Position numbers and translations under genes: made by a program. From NCBI GenBank assembly GCA_003452185.1, contig DMJJ01000214.1:1-46462 (forward strand): 46,462 nt of DNA, given 5' to 3'. Shown piece after piece: positions 36,268 to 45,577 of the stretch. The notes under the pieces were generated by a model, which worked only from the letters and a program-made list of their open reading frames with translations, was not told where the DNA came from and did not search any database. This stretch comes from Verrucomicrobiales bacterium. Lineage in GTDB: Bacteria > Verrucomicrobiota > Verrucomicrobiia > Limisphaerales > UBA11320. Numbering within the stretch: the first letter of the stretch is position 1; each line of letters starts with the position of its first letter.

Positions 36268-38034
36268 TTACGGCTTCTTCTCGAGCTCGGCGATGCGGGC
36301 CTCGACCTTCTTCTTATAGAGGTTCAGGAAGACCTTCCGTTTCGGGTCGGCCGAGGCGCCGGCCTGCTCCAGGCCCTGGAGCGATTTGCGAAGTTTCTCG
36401 ATGCTCCCCTCAGCCTGCACCTGGGCGGCAATCTTGAGCATGATCGGCTTCTGTTCCGGGGTCAGCCCGGAGAGGTCATCCTCCGCGCCCCCCGCGCCGG
36501 ACCCGGCCTTGCGGGTGTAGACCCCGACCGCCCGCTGCTCCCGCACCAGGTACTGGGCCGCCACCCGCTTGACGTCCGCGGCGGTGACCGCCTGGACCTT
36601 CGCCCCGGCGGTGTTGATCTCCCGCCAGTCCCCGAGCCCCTCGCTGTGGATGAGCTGCTGGAGGATCGGGAAGTTCGAGGAGAGGCGCCGGTACTCCCCG
36701 GCAGCAAAGTTGTTCTTCACCTTCTGCAGCTCCTCAGGGGGAACCTCGGCCTTCTGCAGCTCGTCGATCGCCTCGTAGATCCCCCGCTCCAGCTCCTCGG
36801 GGGTCTTTCCATCCCGGGCCTCCCCCGAGATGTTGAACACCCCCGCCCACTTGCGCGCATACTGCCCCGCGGTGACCTCGGTCGCCACCTGCGACCCCAT
36901 CACGAGCTTCTTGTAGAGACGGCCGGTGCGGGTGGACAGGATCTGGGCCAGGACGGTGAGGGGATACTGGTCGCGGTGCATGAAGGGAACGGTGTGCCAG
37001 TAGATGTCGATCTGCGGATTCGCCTCGGCCTCGGCATACATCCGCTTCTCCGCGGGTTGCGGAAGCAGCACCGGGACGAAGTCCGGGGGATTCTTCGCAC
37101 CGCGGGGGATCCGCTCGAAGTACCGCGCCGCCATCTCAGCCGCCGCGGCGGGGTTGAAGTCCCCGACCAGGATCAGGGTGATGTTCTGTGGGGCGTAATA
37201 GATCCCAAAGAACTCGTCCGCCTGCGCCTTGGAAATCGCGGTGATGTCGGAGGGGAGCCCCACGGTCGGCCACCCGTAGGGGTGCGACTCCCAGAACAGC
37301 GCCTCGAAACTCTCCGCAAACTTTCCAAGCGGGGTCGACTCGGTCCGCATCCGCCGCTCCTCAAAAACCACATCCCGCTCGGCGTAAAACTCCCGGAACA
37401 CCGGATGATAGAGCCGCTCCGACTCCATCCACATCCAGAGCTCGAGCTTGTTGGCGGGAACGGTGATGTAATAGCCCGTCAGGTCGGTGCTCGTGAAGGC
37501 GTTCATGTGCGAGCCCCCGCCCGACGTGTACACCCGGTCGAATTCATTCTTCACCAGGATTTTTCTCTGCTCCTCGATCAGCTTCTTGAAGCTCGCCTCA
37601 AGCTCCCGATAGCGGGGGGTCTTGTTCTCCGGCTTCATCAGGTCGTCAATCTCCCCCCGACGGAAGGCCGCCCGCATGAGCGCCTCCTCCCCCCGCATCG
37701 CATCCCTCACCTTCTCCTGTTCCTGAATGATTTCCAGGTCCCGGGCGTAGTCCTTCGTCCCAAGCGTCGGAGTCCCCTTGAACATCATGTGCTCGAAGAG
37801 ATGCGCAATCCCCGTGATCCCCGGACGCTCATTCGAGCTGCCCACATGCGCCACCCATCCGCCCGAAATGCTCGGCTCGTCGTGACGCTCCACCAGAAGC
37901 AGCTTCATCCCGTTCGCCAGAACCTGCTCCTTCACCGCGACCTGCTGGCCGTGGAGCGGAGTGGAAAAAATCAGGGCCACCAACGAAAGGGTGAAACGGA
38001 TTCCGATGTGTCGTGCGGACATGAGGGAAAGCAC
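36268..38034 (-). CDS. M16 family zinc metallopeptidase (insulinase/pitrilysin-like), catalytic subunit, secreted
   Basis: Signal-like N-terminus ([20 protein letters not shown]). [14 protein letters not shown] carries the HxxEH zinc motif. VVFEERRMR matches the downstream Glu region. A helical C-terminal extension of about 100 aa is present. Confidence 0.9.
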   Translation of the reverse strand: MLSLMSARHIGIRFTLSLVALIFSTPLHGQQVAVKEQVLANGMKLLLVERHDEPSISGGWVAHVGSSNERPGITGIAHLFEHMMFKGTPTLGTKDYARDLEIIQEQEKVRDAMRGEEALMRAAFRRGEIDDLMKPENKTPRYRELEASFKKLIEEQRKILVKNEFDRVYTSGGGSHMNAFTSTDLTGYYITVPANKLELWMWMESERLYHPVFREFYAERDVVFEERRMRTESTPLGKFAESFEALFWESHPYGWPTVGLPSDITAISKAQADEFFGIYYAPQNITLILVGDFNPAAAAEMAARYFERIPRGAKNPPDFVPVLLPQPAEKRMYAEAEANPQIDIYWHTVPFMHRDQYPLTVLAQILSTRTGRLYKKLVMGSQVATEVTAGQYARKWAGVFNISGEARDGKTPEELERGIYEAIDELQKAEVPPEELQKVKNNFAAGEYRRLSSNFPILQQLIHSEGLGDWREINTAGAKVQAVTAADVKRVAAQYLVREQRAVGVYTRKAGSGAGGAEDDLSGLTPEQKPIMLKIAAQVQAEGSIEKLRKSLQGLEQAGASADPKRKVFLNLYKKKVEARIAELEKKP

Positions 38035-38135
38035 ATCAGCAAACAGGCCGAAGCGTCAACTCCACGGAAACCCTTCCTTACATCAGGCAAAAGATTCCAC
38101 CCTACACCACACTCAATTGTAACGCAAACTCCTCC

Positions 38136-38256
38136 TTGACGAAACTTTGTCACTCCCTACACACTCGCGCCGCTCGTCTACCACCATGAGCAGAATTGAG
38201 TGAACGGCTGGTGTTTCCCTTCGGAGCGGCCAACTCAAACACGGAAGGATTAACTT
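38136..38256 (+). promoter_or_regulatory. candidate promoter and structured ~90-nt 5' leader of the cold-shock gene
   Basis: This is the lowest-GC stretch in the window. TTGACG at 38136-38141 is followed 16 nt later by the weak -10-like TACACA. Inverted repeat TTGAGT (38196-38201) / ACTCAA (38233-38238) closes a GC-rich interior. GGAAGGA SD lies about 8 nt before the ATG. Confidence 0.3.
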
Positions 38257-38484
38257 ATGGCTAGTGGCAAAGTTAAATGGTTCGATAACAAGAAGGGTTA
38301 CGGGTTCATCCTGAACGCGGAAGGCCAGGACGTCTTCGTTCACCACACCAGCATCAAGGGAGCGGGTTTCAAGACCCTCCAGGAGGGTGAGGTTGTGGAC
38401 TATGAGCTCGTTGACAGCGACAAGGGTCCCAAGGCGTTGAACGTTCAGCGCACTCTCACCGGCGCACCTCAGCCCCGCGCCTGA
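38257..38484 (+). CDS. cold-shock protein (CspA family, CSD)
   Basis: MASGKVKWFDNKKGYGFI (RNP-1 KGYGFI) and DVFVHHTSI (RNP-2). 75 aa with an extra basic/Pro C-terminal tail. Confidence 0.95.
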   Translation: MASGKVKWFDNKKGYGFILNAEGQDVFVHHTSIKGAGFKTLQEGEVVDYELVDSDKGPKALNVQRTLTGAPQPRA

Positions 38485-38611
38485 CCTGATGTTCGTTGGA
38501 GCCGCCCGGCCAGGATTGCCGGCGGCGGGTTGCCAGGGGCGTTGCGTTCCCCGCAGGGCCCTGGCACAAATTAGTTGCGTCGTTGAGTTGTTCGTAGGGT
38601 AAGCTGTCGGC

Positions 38612-39799
38612 GTGGTGCCCGATAAAACCAAGCCGACGAGCGGGCTTTACGTCCATGTGCCGTTTTGCGCGCGCAAGTGTGACTACTGCGCGTTCTTTTC
38701 GGAATCCTCCAGCGGCGAGCTGATGAATCGCTATACCGCCGCCCTCATCCGCGAGATGGAGCTGGTGGCGGAGGGTTTCGTTCCCCGCACGATCTTCTTC
38801 GGTGGCGGCACCCCTTCCATTCTCTCGATCCCGCAATGGACGCGCATTCTGGACGCGATGGAGCGACTTGGCTGGTGCTCGCCGCAGGAGTGGACGATCG
38901 AGTGCAACCCCGCAACGGTCTCCCTGGAAAAGGCGCGCCTCTGGCGGGAGCGCGGGGTGAACCGCCTCTCCATGGGAGTGCAATCGCTGGACGAGGGGCT
39001 GCTCGACCGGTTGGGGCGGGTGCACGATCGCGGGATGGTGTTTCGCTCCTTCGACACCCTGCGGCAGGCCGGGTTTGAGAACCTGAACCTCGACCTGATG
39101 TTTGCGATTCCAGGGCAGACGAAGGAGATCTGGCGTTCGACCCTGCGGGAGGCGATCGCGATGGGGAGCGAGCACCTTTCGAGCTACGAGGTGATCTACG
39201 AGGAGGACACCGCCCTGTACGAGCAGATGAAAGCCGGCGAGTTCGATGTCGATGAGGACCTGGCCTGCGATTTATACGAATTGTTGCTCGAGGAAACGGC
39301 CCGCGCGGGGTTCACCCAATATGAGATTGCGAACTTCGCCCGCCGGAAGCCCGGTCCCGAGGGTGAGTTCCCTGCCAGGGCCTGCGCCCACAACGTGAAC
39401 TATTGGCGGGCCGGGTCGTTCCACGGGCTCGGTCCCTCGGCCACCGGGTATGTCGGCGGGCTGAGGACTCGGAACTGGGCCAACACCTTGCTCTATTGCG
39501 AGCAGCTTGAGAAGGGGCGCCGGGCGATCGAGTATTCCGAGCGCCTCTCCCCGCTGGAACGCGCCGGTGAGGCGGCCGCTTTCGGGCTTCGGGTCGGCCC
39601 CGGATGGCCGTTCGGGGAGTTTCAAGAGGTGACCGGTTTTGACCTCCGCGCCGGGTGGGGTGACGACATGGACCGCCTCGCCTCCCGGGGCTGGGGGGTG
39701 CGGGAGCCCGACCGGTTCCGACTCACCCCCGCCGGGCTTCGATTTGCCGATGCCGCCGCCGAGATGATGCTGCGCCCGGCTTCCCTCCAACCCGCATGA
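38612..39799 (+). CDS. hemW: radical SAM heme chaperone HemW / HemN-like protein
   Basis: LYVHVPFCARKCDYCAF (CxxxCxxC). GGGTPS. NRLSMGVQSL. The size (395 aa) and HemN_C-like C-terminus fit HemW rather than HemN. GTG start. Confidence 0.85.
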   Translation: MVPDKTKPTSGLYVHVPFCARKCDYCAFFSESSSGELMNRYTAALIREMELVAEGFVPRTIFFGGGTPSILSIPQWTRILDAMERLGWCSPQEWTIECNPATVSLEKARLWRERGVNRLSMGVQSLDEGLLDRLGRVHDRGMVFRSFDTLRQAGFENLNLDLMFAIPGQTKEIWRSTLREAIAMGSEHLSSYEVIYEEDTALYEQMKAGEFDVDEDLACDLYELLLEETARAGFTQYEIANFARRKPGPEGEFPARACAHNVNYWRAGSFHGLGPSATGYVGGLRTRNWANTLLYCEQLEKGRRAIEYSERLSPLERAGEAAAFGLRVGPGWPFGEFQEVTGFDLRAGWGDDMDRLASRGWGVREPDRFRLTPAGLRFADAAAEMMLRPASLQPA

Positions 39800-40599
39800 A
39801 CCCCCTCGCCCCAGCCGCCCTGGTCACCGGTTCCTCCCGCGGAATAGGCCGGGGCATCGCGGTGGCCCTCGCGGCGGCCGGGCACGACCTCCTCATTCAC
39901 TATTCCAGCCGGCGGGAGGGGGCCGAGGAAACCGCGGCTGCCTGCGACGCCGCGGCAAGGAAGGCGGGCCGCCCGGTGCAGACCCGCATCTGCCAGGCTG
40001 ACCTCGCCCTCGCGGCCGATCGCCACCGTCTCGTCGACGCGACCCGGGAGGCCTTCGGACGCCTCGACCTCCTCGTCAACAACGCCGGCGTGGCCCCATC
40101 GGTGCGGGCCGACCTGCTCGACGCCTCCGAGGAAAGCTTCGACCGCCTGATGGGGATCAACCTCAAGGGACCGTTCTTCCTGACCCAGGAGGTGGCCCGC
40201 TGGATGGTGGAGCAGGCGGCCACCCTGCCCGCTGGGTCCCCCCGCCCAAAGATCATCTCCGTGAGCTCGGTCAGCGCCTATGCCCCATCGGTCAACCGGG
40301 CGGAGTATTGTCTATCGAAAGCCGGTATCTCGATGCTCACCGCCCTCTTCGCCGCGCGCCTCGCGGAGCACGGGATCAGCGTGTTTGAGATCCGCCCGGG
40401 GATCATCGCCACCGACATGACCACCCCCGTCCGGGAGCGCTACGACCGGCTGCTCAGGGATGGCTTCACCCCGATCAACCGCTGGGGGACCCCCGAGGAT
40501 GTCGCCCGCGCCGTGGTGGCCATCGCCGGCGGGGCCTTCCCCTTCAGCACCGGCGAGGTGTTCAACGTGGATGGCGGGTTTCATCTGCGACGGCTTTGA
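39796..40599 (+). CDS. SDR family oxidoreductase (classical short-chain dehydrogenase/reductase)
   Basis: ALVTGSSRGIGRGIA (TGxxxGxG). LVNNAG. Catalytic S...YCLSKAG (YxxxK). The ATG overlaps the hemW stop (ATGA at 39796-39799). Confidence 0.9.
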   Translation: MNPLAPAALVTGSSRGIGRGIAVALAAAGHDLLIHYSSRREGAEETAAACDAAARKAGRPVQTRICQADLALAADRHRLVDATREAFGRLDLLVNNAGVAPSVRADLLDASEESFDRLMGINLKGPFFLTQEVARWMVEQAATLPAGSPRPKIISVSSVSAYAPSVNRAEYCLSKAGISMLTALFAARLAEHGISVFEIRPGIIATDMTTPVRERYDRLLRDGFTPINRWGTPEDVARAVVAIAGGAFPFSTGEVFNVDGGFHLRRL

Positions 40600-40601
40600 G
40601 C

Positions 40602-41990
40602 ATGGCACTGCGCATCGATTCCCGCCTGACGGCGGCCGGCCTTAGAAAGCCGGTCGAGAGGATGTTCGAGCTCTCGGCCCCCAGGATCCTGTCGATCGAC
40701 AAGGCCTGGCCTCCGGGCACCGGGGCGCCCGTCTGCACCCGCTCCGGTCGGTACGCGGCGCGCGGATGGACCGAGTGGACCCAGGGATTTCAGCACGGCT
40801 CCGCGCTCCTTCAGTTCGAGGCGACGGGGGACCGGCATTTCCTCGAGCTGGGTCGCCGCCGGACGATCCAGGAAATGGGGGCCCACCTCACCCACGTCGG
40901 GGTGCACGATCACGGGTTCAACAACGTCTCCACCTACGGGGCCTTGCGGCGGCAGATGCTCGAGGGGCGGATTCCGTTCTGCGAACCCGAGCTCCGGTTT
41001 TTGGAGCTGGCCCTGAAGGTATCGGGAGCCGTCCAGGCCGCCCGCTGGACCACGCTCCCCGGCAGCACAGGGTACATCTACTCCTTCAACGGCCCGCACT
41101 CTCTCTTCATCGACACCCTCCGCTCCCTCCGGTCGCTGGCGCTGGCCCACCACCTGGGGCACGTGCTCCTGGGGGAACGGGACCGCAGGATCAACCTCCT
41201 GGAGCGCCTGGTCCGTCACGCCGAGGCGACAATCGAGTTCAACATCTACTTCGGGCAGGGGCGCGATGCCTACGACGTTCGGGGTCGCGTGGCCCACGAA
41301 AGCCTCTTCAACCTGAATGACGGGAGCTACCGTTGCCCCAGCACCCAGCAGGGGTACTCCCCTTTCTCCACCTGGACCCGGGGGCTCGCCTGGGCGATCC
41401 TCGGCTGCTCGGAGCAGCTTGAGTTCCTCGCGTCCATTCGCGAGCGGGAGCACGAGCTCGTCACGCCGGCCCTCCTGGGGCGGATGGAGGAGGCGGCCCG
41501 CGCCACCGCGGACCGTTACCTCGAGGAGTGCTGTGCGGACGGGATCCCGATCTGGGATACCGGCGCGCCGGGGACCCGGCGGATGGGGGACTATCGATCC
41601 CGGATCTCGGATCCGTTCAACCCCTGGGAGCCGATGGACAGCTCCGCCGCGGCAATCGCAGCCCAGGGGTTCCTCCGGCTCGGATCCCATGTCGGGGGAA
41701 AAGCCGGGGCACGGTACCGGCAGGCCGGCCTCACCCTTGCTCGAACGCTTCTTTCCCCTCCCTACCTTTCTGATACGGGGCGTCACCAGGGGTTGCTCCT
41801 TCACTCCGTCTATCATCGCCCCAACGGTTGGGACGCGATCCGCCCCGGGCAGAAGGTCCCCAACGGCGAGAGCTCCATGTGGGGGGACTACCACCTTCGG
41901 GAGCTCGGGTTGATGCTGCTCCGGGAGGCCCGTGCGGAACGGCCGCTCCGGTTCTTCGAGCCGGCCTCCCCCATTCCGCCGGTTCCCTGA
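40602..41990 (+). CDS. GH88-like (alpha/alpha)6 unsaturated glucuronyl/galacturonyl hydrolase family protein, cytoplasmic
   Basis: WTEWTQGFQHG, VHDHGFNN, STWTRGLAWAILG, IPIWDTGAP, MDSSAAAIAAQGFLRLG and ESSMWGDYHLRELG parallel the conserved GH88/GH105 blocks. No signal peptide. The ATG at 40602 lies 2 nt after the SDR stop. A TTG at 40596 would overlap that stop. Confidence 0.7.
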   Translation: MALRIDSRLTAAGLRKPVERMFELSAPRILSIDKAWPPGTGAPVCTRSGRYAARGWTEWTQGFQHGSALLQFEATGDRHFLELGRRRTIQEMGAHLTHVGVHDHGFNNVSTYGALRRQMLEGRIPFCEPELRFLELALKVSGAVQAARWTTLPGSTGYIYSFNGPHSLFIDTLRSLRSLALAHHLGHVLLGERDRRINLLERLVRHAEATIEFNIYFGQGRDAYDVRGRVAHESLFNLNDGSYRCPSTQQGYSPFSTWTRGLAWAILGCSEQLEFLASIREREHELVTPALLGRMEEAARATADRYLEECCADGIPIWDTGAPGTRRMGDYRSRISDPFNPWEPMDSSAAAIAAQGFLRLGSHVGGKAGARYRQAGLTLARTLLSPPYLSDTGRHQGLLLHSVYHRPNGWDAIRPGQKVPNGESSMWGDYHLRELGLMLLREARAERPLRFFEPASPIPPVP

Positions 41991-42023
41991 ATCACCCTCA
42001 CCCGCGAACCCGCCCCCCCCTGG

Positions 42024-43505
42024 ATGCTGGTCAAAATCCCAACCCTCCGCACCCCTGAGGCGTTCCGCCAGCACTGCCGGAACCTCGGGATCGAGATTCC
42101 ATGCGATGATACGATCCTGACCGGGACGGCCTCCCCGCTGACGACCTCCCCTGCCCCTCCGGTGCGACTCAACGGCCGGGTTCCGGCCAACCGGTGGGTG
42201 GTTCAGCCGATGGAGGGCTGGGATGGCACGTCGACCGGAGGTGTGACCGAGGAAGTCCGGAGGCGATGGCGGCGATTTGGGGAGACGGGCGCGAAGATCC
42301 TCTTTGGCGGGGAGGCGATGGCCGTGAGGCCGGATGGACGGGCCAACCCGAACCAGCTGCTCCTCACGGCCGGGAACGCCGAGGAGATTCGCGGGCTGAT
42401 CCAGCTGGCGCGGGCCAGCCACCGTGCCGCCCACGGCACCGACGAGGATCTGGTGGTCGGGCTCCAGCTCACCCATTCCGGCCGGTTTTGCCGGCCGAAT
42501 GATCCGGGTCGCTGGGAGCCTCGGGTTGCCTACCGTCACCCGCTGCTCGACGCCCGCTTCCACGTCACCCGGGAGGATCAGGTTCTCTCGGACGAGGAGG
42601 TTAAGGAGCTGATCGGCGACTATGTGCAGGCCGCCTGCGTGGCGCGGGCGGTGGGAGCCGATTTCATCGATCTCAAACACTGCCACGGGTACCTGCTGCA
42701 CGAATTCCTTGGAGCCCACACGCGGCCCGGGCCCTACGGCGGCTCGTTTGAGAATCGCACCCGCATCCTGCGGGAGATCGTGGAGGGGATCCGACGCTCG
42801 GGGAACCCGATCGACATCGCGGTCCGGCTGAGCGCCTTTGACATGATCCCCTTCCGCAAGAGCCCCGCGGGAGAAGCCGGGAGCGGTCTTCCGGACGCCG
42901 GGACCCCCGAGCCCTGGGACCCGGCACATCCCTACCACTACGGCTTCGGACTCGATCCAAACTCCCCCACCACGCCCGACCTCAGCGAACCGAAGCGATT
43001 TCTCGAACTCTGCGGCACCCTGGGGATCCGACTCGTGAACCTGAGCGCCGGATCCCCCTACTACACCCCTCACCTTCTCCGTCCGGCGGCCTATCCTCCA
43101 AGCGATGGGTATCCGCCGCCGGAGGATCCCCTCGTGGGAGTCGCGCGGCAGATGGCCGCTGTCCGGGAACTGAGGGCTTCCACCCGGGGTGATCTGGCGC
43201 TGATCGGCAGCGGCTACACCTACCTGCAGGAGTTCCTTCCGCACGTGGCTCAGGCGGCCATTCGGGCTGGCTGGGTCGACTTTGTGGGCCTGGGCCGGAT
43301 GGTGCTGAGCTATCCAGGCATCCTGGCCGATGCGACGACCAAGGGGGCCATCGCCTCCCGGGGGATCTGCCGCACGTTCAGCGACTGCACGACCGCGCCA
43401 CGCAACGGGCTTCCAAGCGGCTGCTATCCCCTCGACCCCCACTACGCAGCGAAACCCGAGGCGGCACGCCTCAAGGAGATCAGGTCCCGACGCCCCAAGC
43501 CATGA
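42024..43505 (+). CDS. Old Yellow Enzyme-type NADH:flavin oxidoreductase with N-terminal extension
   Basis: GADFIDLKHCHGYLLHEFLGAHTRPGPYGGSFENRTRILREIV and GLGRMVLSYPG match OYE/2,4-dienoyl-CoA-reductase-like TIM barrels. About 50 aa lie ahead of the barrel. Confidence 0.8.
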   Translation: MLVKIPTLRTPEAFRQHCRNLGIEIPCDDTILTGTASPLTTSPAPPVRLNGRVPANRWVVQPMEGWDGTSTGGVTEEVRRRWRRFGETGAKILFGGEAMAVRPDGRANPNQLLLTAGNAEEIRGLIQLARASHRAAHGTDEDLVVGLQLTHSGRFCRPNDPGRWEPRVAYRHPLLDARFHVTREDQVLSDEEVKELIGDYVQAACVARAVGADFIDLKHCHGYLLHEFLGAHTRPGPYGGSFENRTRILREIVEGIRRSGNPIDIAVRLSAFDMIPFRKSPAGEAGSGLPDAGTPEPWDPAHPYHYGFGLDPNSPTTPDLSEPKRFLELCGTLGIRLVNLSAGSPYYTPHLLRPAAYPPSDGYPPPEDPLVGVARQMAAVRELRASTRGDLALIGSGYTYLQEFLPHVAQAAIRAGWVDFVGLGRMVLSYPGILADATTKGAIASRGICRTFSDCTTAPRNGLPSGCYPLDPHYAAKPEAARLKEIRSRRPKP

Positions 43506-44359
43506 CACCCCCGCCCGATCCCTCATCCACCCACTTCAAGGGATGGGCCAAGCCCGGTCCCGTCCCCCCGGGACTCGGCTCCGGGATCACCCTTGAGGCC
43601 GGGGAAACGCTCGACGCGATCAGCGGCCATTTTCGACTGTTCCAGCTCAAGGCCGGACATCGGTTTTCCACCGACGACATCCTCGCCGCGTGGTACGGAA
43701 CCACCTGGTGCCCCACGGCGCGCCGGGTGCTGGATCTCGGGAGCGGCATCGGGACAGTGGGCATGGTGGCCGCCTGGCGGCTTCCCGGCGCCACCTTCGT
43801 CACCGTGGAGGCACAGGAGGAGAGCGTGGCGCTGGCCAGGAAGTCGGCCCGCTACAACGGGCTCAGCGACCGGTACGAGATCCGGCAGGGGGACCTTCGG
43901 ACGCCGGGGATCCTCTCCGCCGGGGAGCAATTCGACCTGGTGCTGGGGAGCCCGCCCTACTTTCCGCCGGGAACCGGCGTCGTGGGGGACCATCCACAAA
44001 AAATCGCCTGTCGCTTTGAGATCCGCGGCGATGTCGGCGACTACTGCCGCACGGGTGCAGCACACCTCGCCCCCGGGGGCTTCATGGCGGTGGTATTCCC
44101 CGAGGCGCCTGAGCAACGGCTGCGAGTCGAGGAAGGGGCCCGGTCCGCGGACCTCGTTCTGGTGCGACGCCGCCCCGTGGTCTTTCGCGAAGGGGAGGCC
44201 CCGCTGATCGGACTCTACGGGCTGATGCGATCCGCCGATCTCCCGGAGTGGTTCCGAGCGCAGACCTGGGTTGAGCCACCCCTGGTGATCCGCACTGCGG
44301 CGGGCTCCGTCCATCCGGAGTACTCCGCGGTCAAACTCGCCATCGGGTTTCCCCCCTGA
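43502..44359 (+). CDS. SAM-dependent N6-adenine-type methyltransferase (TrmN6/YfiC-like)
   Basis: FRLFQLKAGHRFSTDDILAAWY. Motif I VLDLGSGIGTVG. Motif IV LVLGSPPYF. The ATG overlaps the OYE stop (ATGA at 43502-43505). Confidence 0.75.
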   Translation: MTPPPDPSSTHFKGWAKPGPVPPGLGSGITLEAGETLDAISGHFRLFQLKAGHRFSTDDILAAWYGTTWCPTARRVLDLGSGIGTVGMVAAWRLPGATFVTVEAQEESVALARKSARYNGLSDRYEIRQGDLRTPGILSAGEQFDLVLGSPPYFPPGTGVVGDHPQKIACRFEIRGDVGDYCRTGAAHLAPGGFMAVVFPEAPEQRLRVEEGARSADLVLVRRRPVVFREGEAPLIGLYGLMRSADLPEWFRAQTWVEPPLVIRTAAGSVHPEYSAVKLAIGFPP

Positions 44360-44382
44360 CCCCGCCGCAGCGGGCGGCGGGG
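44360..44382. terminator. perfect 9-bp GC hairpin between convergent gene ends (terminator-like, no U tract)
   Basis: CCCCGCCGC (44360-44368), loop agcgg, GCGGCGGGG (44374-44382). It starts at the first base after the methyltransferase TGA and ends 17 nt from the stop of the convergent gene. Confidence 0.4.
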
Positions 44383-44398
44383 GAACGGCCTCCTATGC

Positions 44399-45460
44399 CT
44401 ATGGCCTGAGGAGCTTGAGAGCCTCCGCCTCCGGCGTCGGCTCGGTCCGGCGGGCCAGCGTGTAGACGTTGGTCTGGGAGTAGCGCTGTCCCACCTTCAT
44501 CTCCTGGAGCGGCGCCAGCATCTCCAGCTCGACGTAGCTCGCGGGGTTCCGACTGGTGTAAACCTCGGCGCTGCTCTGGTCATCGGGGTAAGGGGCCCCG
44601 GGGATCCGGGGGGAGTCGATCCGCAAGGTCTCGCGCGCCCCCACCCAGAGAAGGGTTCCGGCGCGAGTCCCGATCTTGTGGGGCTCCGAGGGATCACGCG
44701 CCAGCGAAAGCAGGCCGCCACGGTTCGTCAGGGCAAGCGGGGGGGTGTCGGACTGGAGGACATAACCGGCCCCCCGGTCCTCGGCCGATCCGACCGGGAT
44801 GAAGACCGCCTCGGGGTGGCTGAGCTGGGTGATGATCCAGATGCCGACCCGGTTGGTTCCTCCCGCCGGAGGAACGTGCGACGGCTCCGTCACCTGCTCA
44901 TACGTGGTGATGATCGTCATCCGGGGATGATCGGCATCGAGGCGGATCTCCCGCTCGGTCCGGATGCCGAAGTCCGGGTCGACCGGGGAGAGCAGCGTCA
45001 CACGGCCACGACGAACCTCGGCCTTCACGGGCATCGAATCGAAGGCCGGCGGCGGAGGCCAGGCCCGCGGTGTCCGGAGCGGCCATTTCGACTGCGGCGA
45101 AGGCCATGTCTTGTCCCCGCCAAAATTCCCCCACTCGGGGGAGGCCGCGTCCGGGGACTTTCCCCAAAGCGCCTCATTTTCCCAGAACGGTCCCTCCTCC
45201 CCCTTGAACCGAAACTGCATCACCCGGCCGATGGCCGGGACGATGATCACCTCAACCCGGGAGCTCTCCATCACAATGGACTCGGCCCACCCCCGGTAAT
45301 CGATCGTGCGGGTGGAGATGGGGGGCGCGGGATCGGCGCTCATCGCCCCGAACTCACGGAACAGGATCACGAGGGGAACCACCATCAGGAGCCCAAAGAT
45401 GAACAGGACCAGCTGGCGCTGGAGGGAACGCTGGCGGGGTCTGCCGGGTTCGCTGCTCAT
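44399..45460 (-). CDS. membrane-anchored hypothetical protein, possibly galactose-mutarotase-like (DUF4380-like)
   Basis: I start at the ATG at 45460 (MSSEPGRPRQRSLQRQLVLFIFGLLMVVPLVILF, an N-terminal TM anchor). The body contains IVPAIGRVMQFRF...GPFWEN...NFGGDKTWPSPQSKW, reminiscent of DUF4380/aldose-epimerase-like domains. The family call is tentative. Confidence 0.5.
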   Translation of the reverse strand: MSSEPGRPRQRSLQRQLVLFIFGLLMVVPLVILFREFGAMSADPAPPISTRTIDYRGWAESIVMESSRVEVIIVPAIGRVMQFRFKGEEGPFWENEALWGKSPDAASPEWGNFGGDKTWPSPQSKWPLRTPRAWPPPPAFDSMPVKAEVRRGRVTLLSPVDPDFGIRTEREIRLDADHPRMTIITTYEQVTEPSHVPPAGGTNRVGIWIITQLSHPEAVFIPVGSAEDRGAGYVLQSDTPPLALTNRGGLLSLARDPSEPHKIGTRAGTLLWVGARETLRIDSPRIPGAPYPDDQSSAEVYTSRNPASYVELEMLAPLQEMKVGQRYSQTNVYTLARRTEPTPEAEALKLLRP

Positions 45461-45577
45461 TGGGATCACTATTACCCGCGCCCGCCCCCGATTGCAAAGG
45501 CTAGAATCCTTGCACCCAGGGCGGGTTCCGGCTATCAGCCAGGGGATCCGCACGAAGCACGCTCCAGCACCCCGCAC

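Noticed and set aside
40581-43526. 981-aa ORF on the minus strand spanning the GH88-like and OYE genes and their spacer
   Set aside because: It is antisense to two + strand genes with clear family motifs. Its translation is dominated by R/G/P/A/V with no recognisable domain. It is the usual shadow ORF produced when stop codons are depleted opposite GC3-rich codons.
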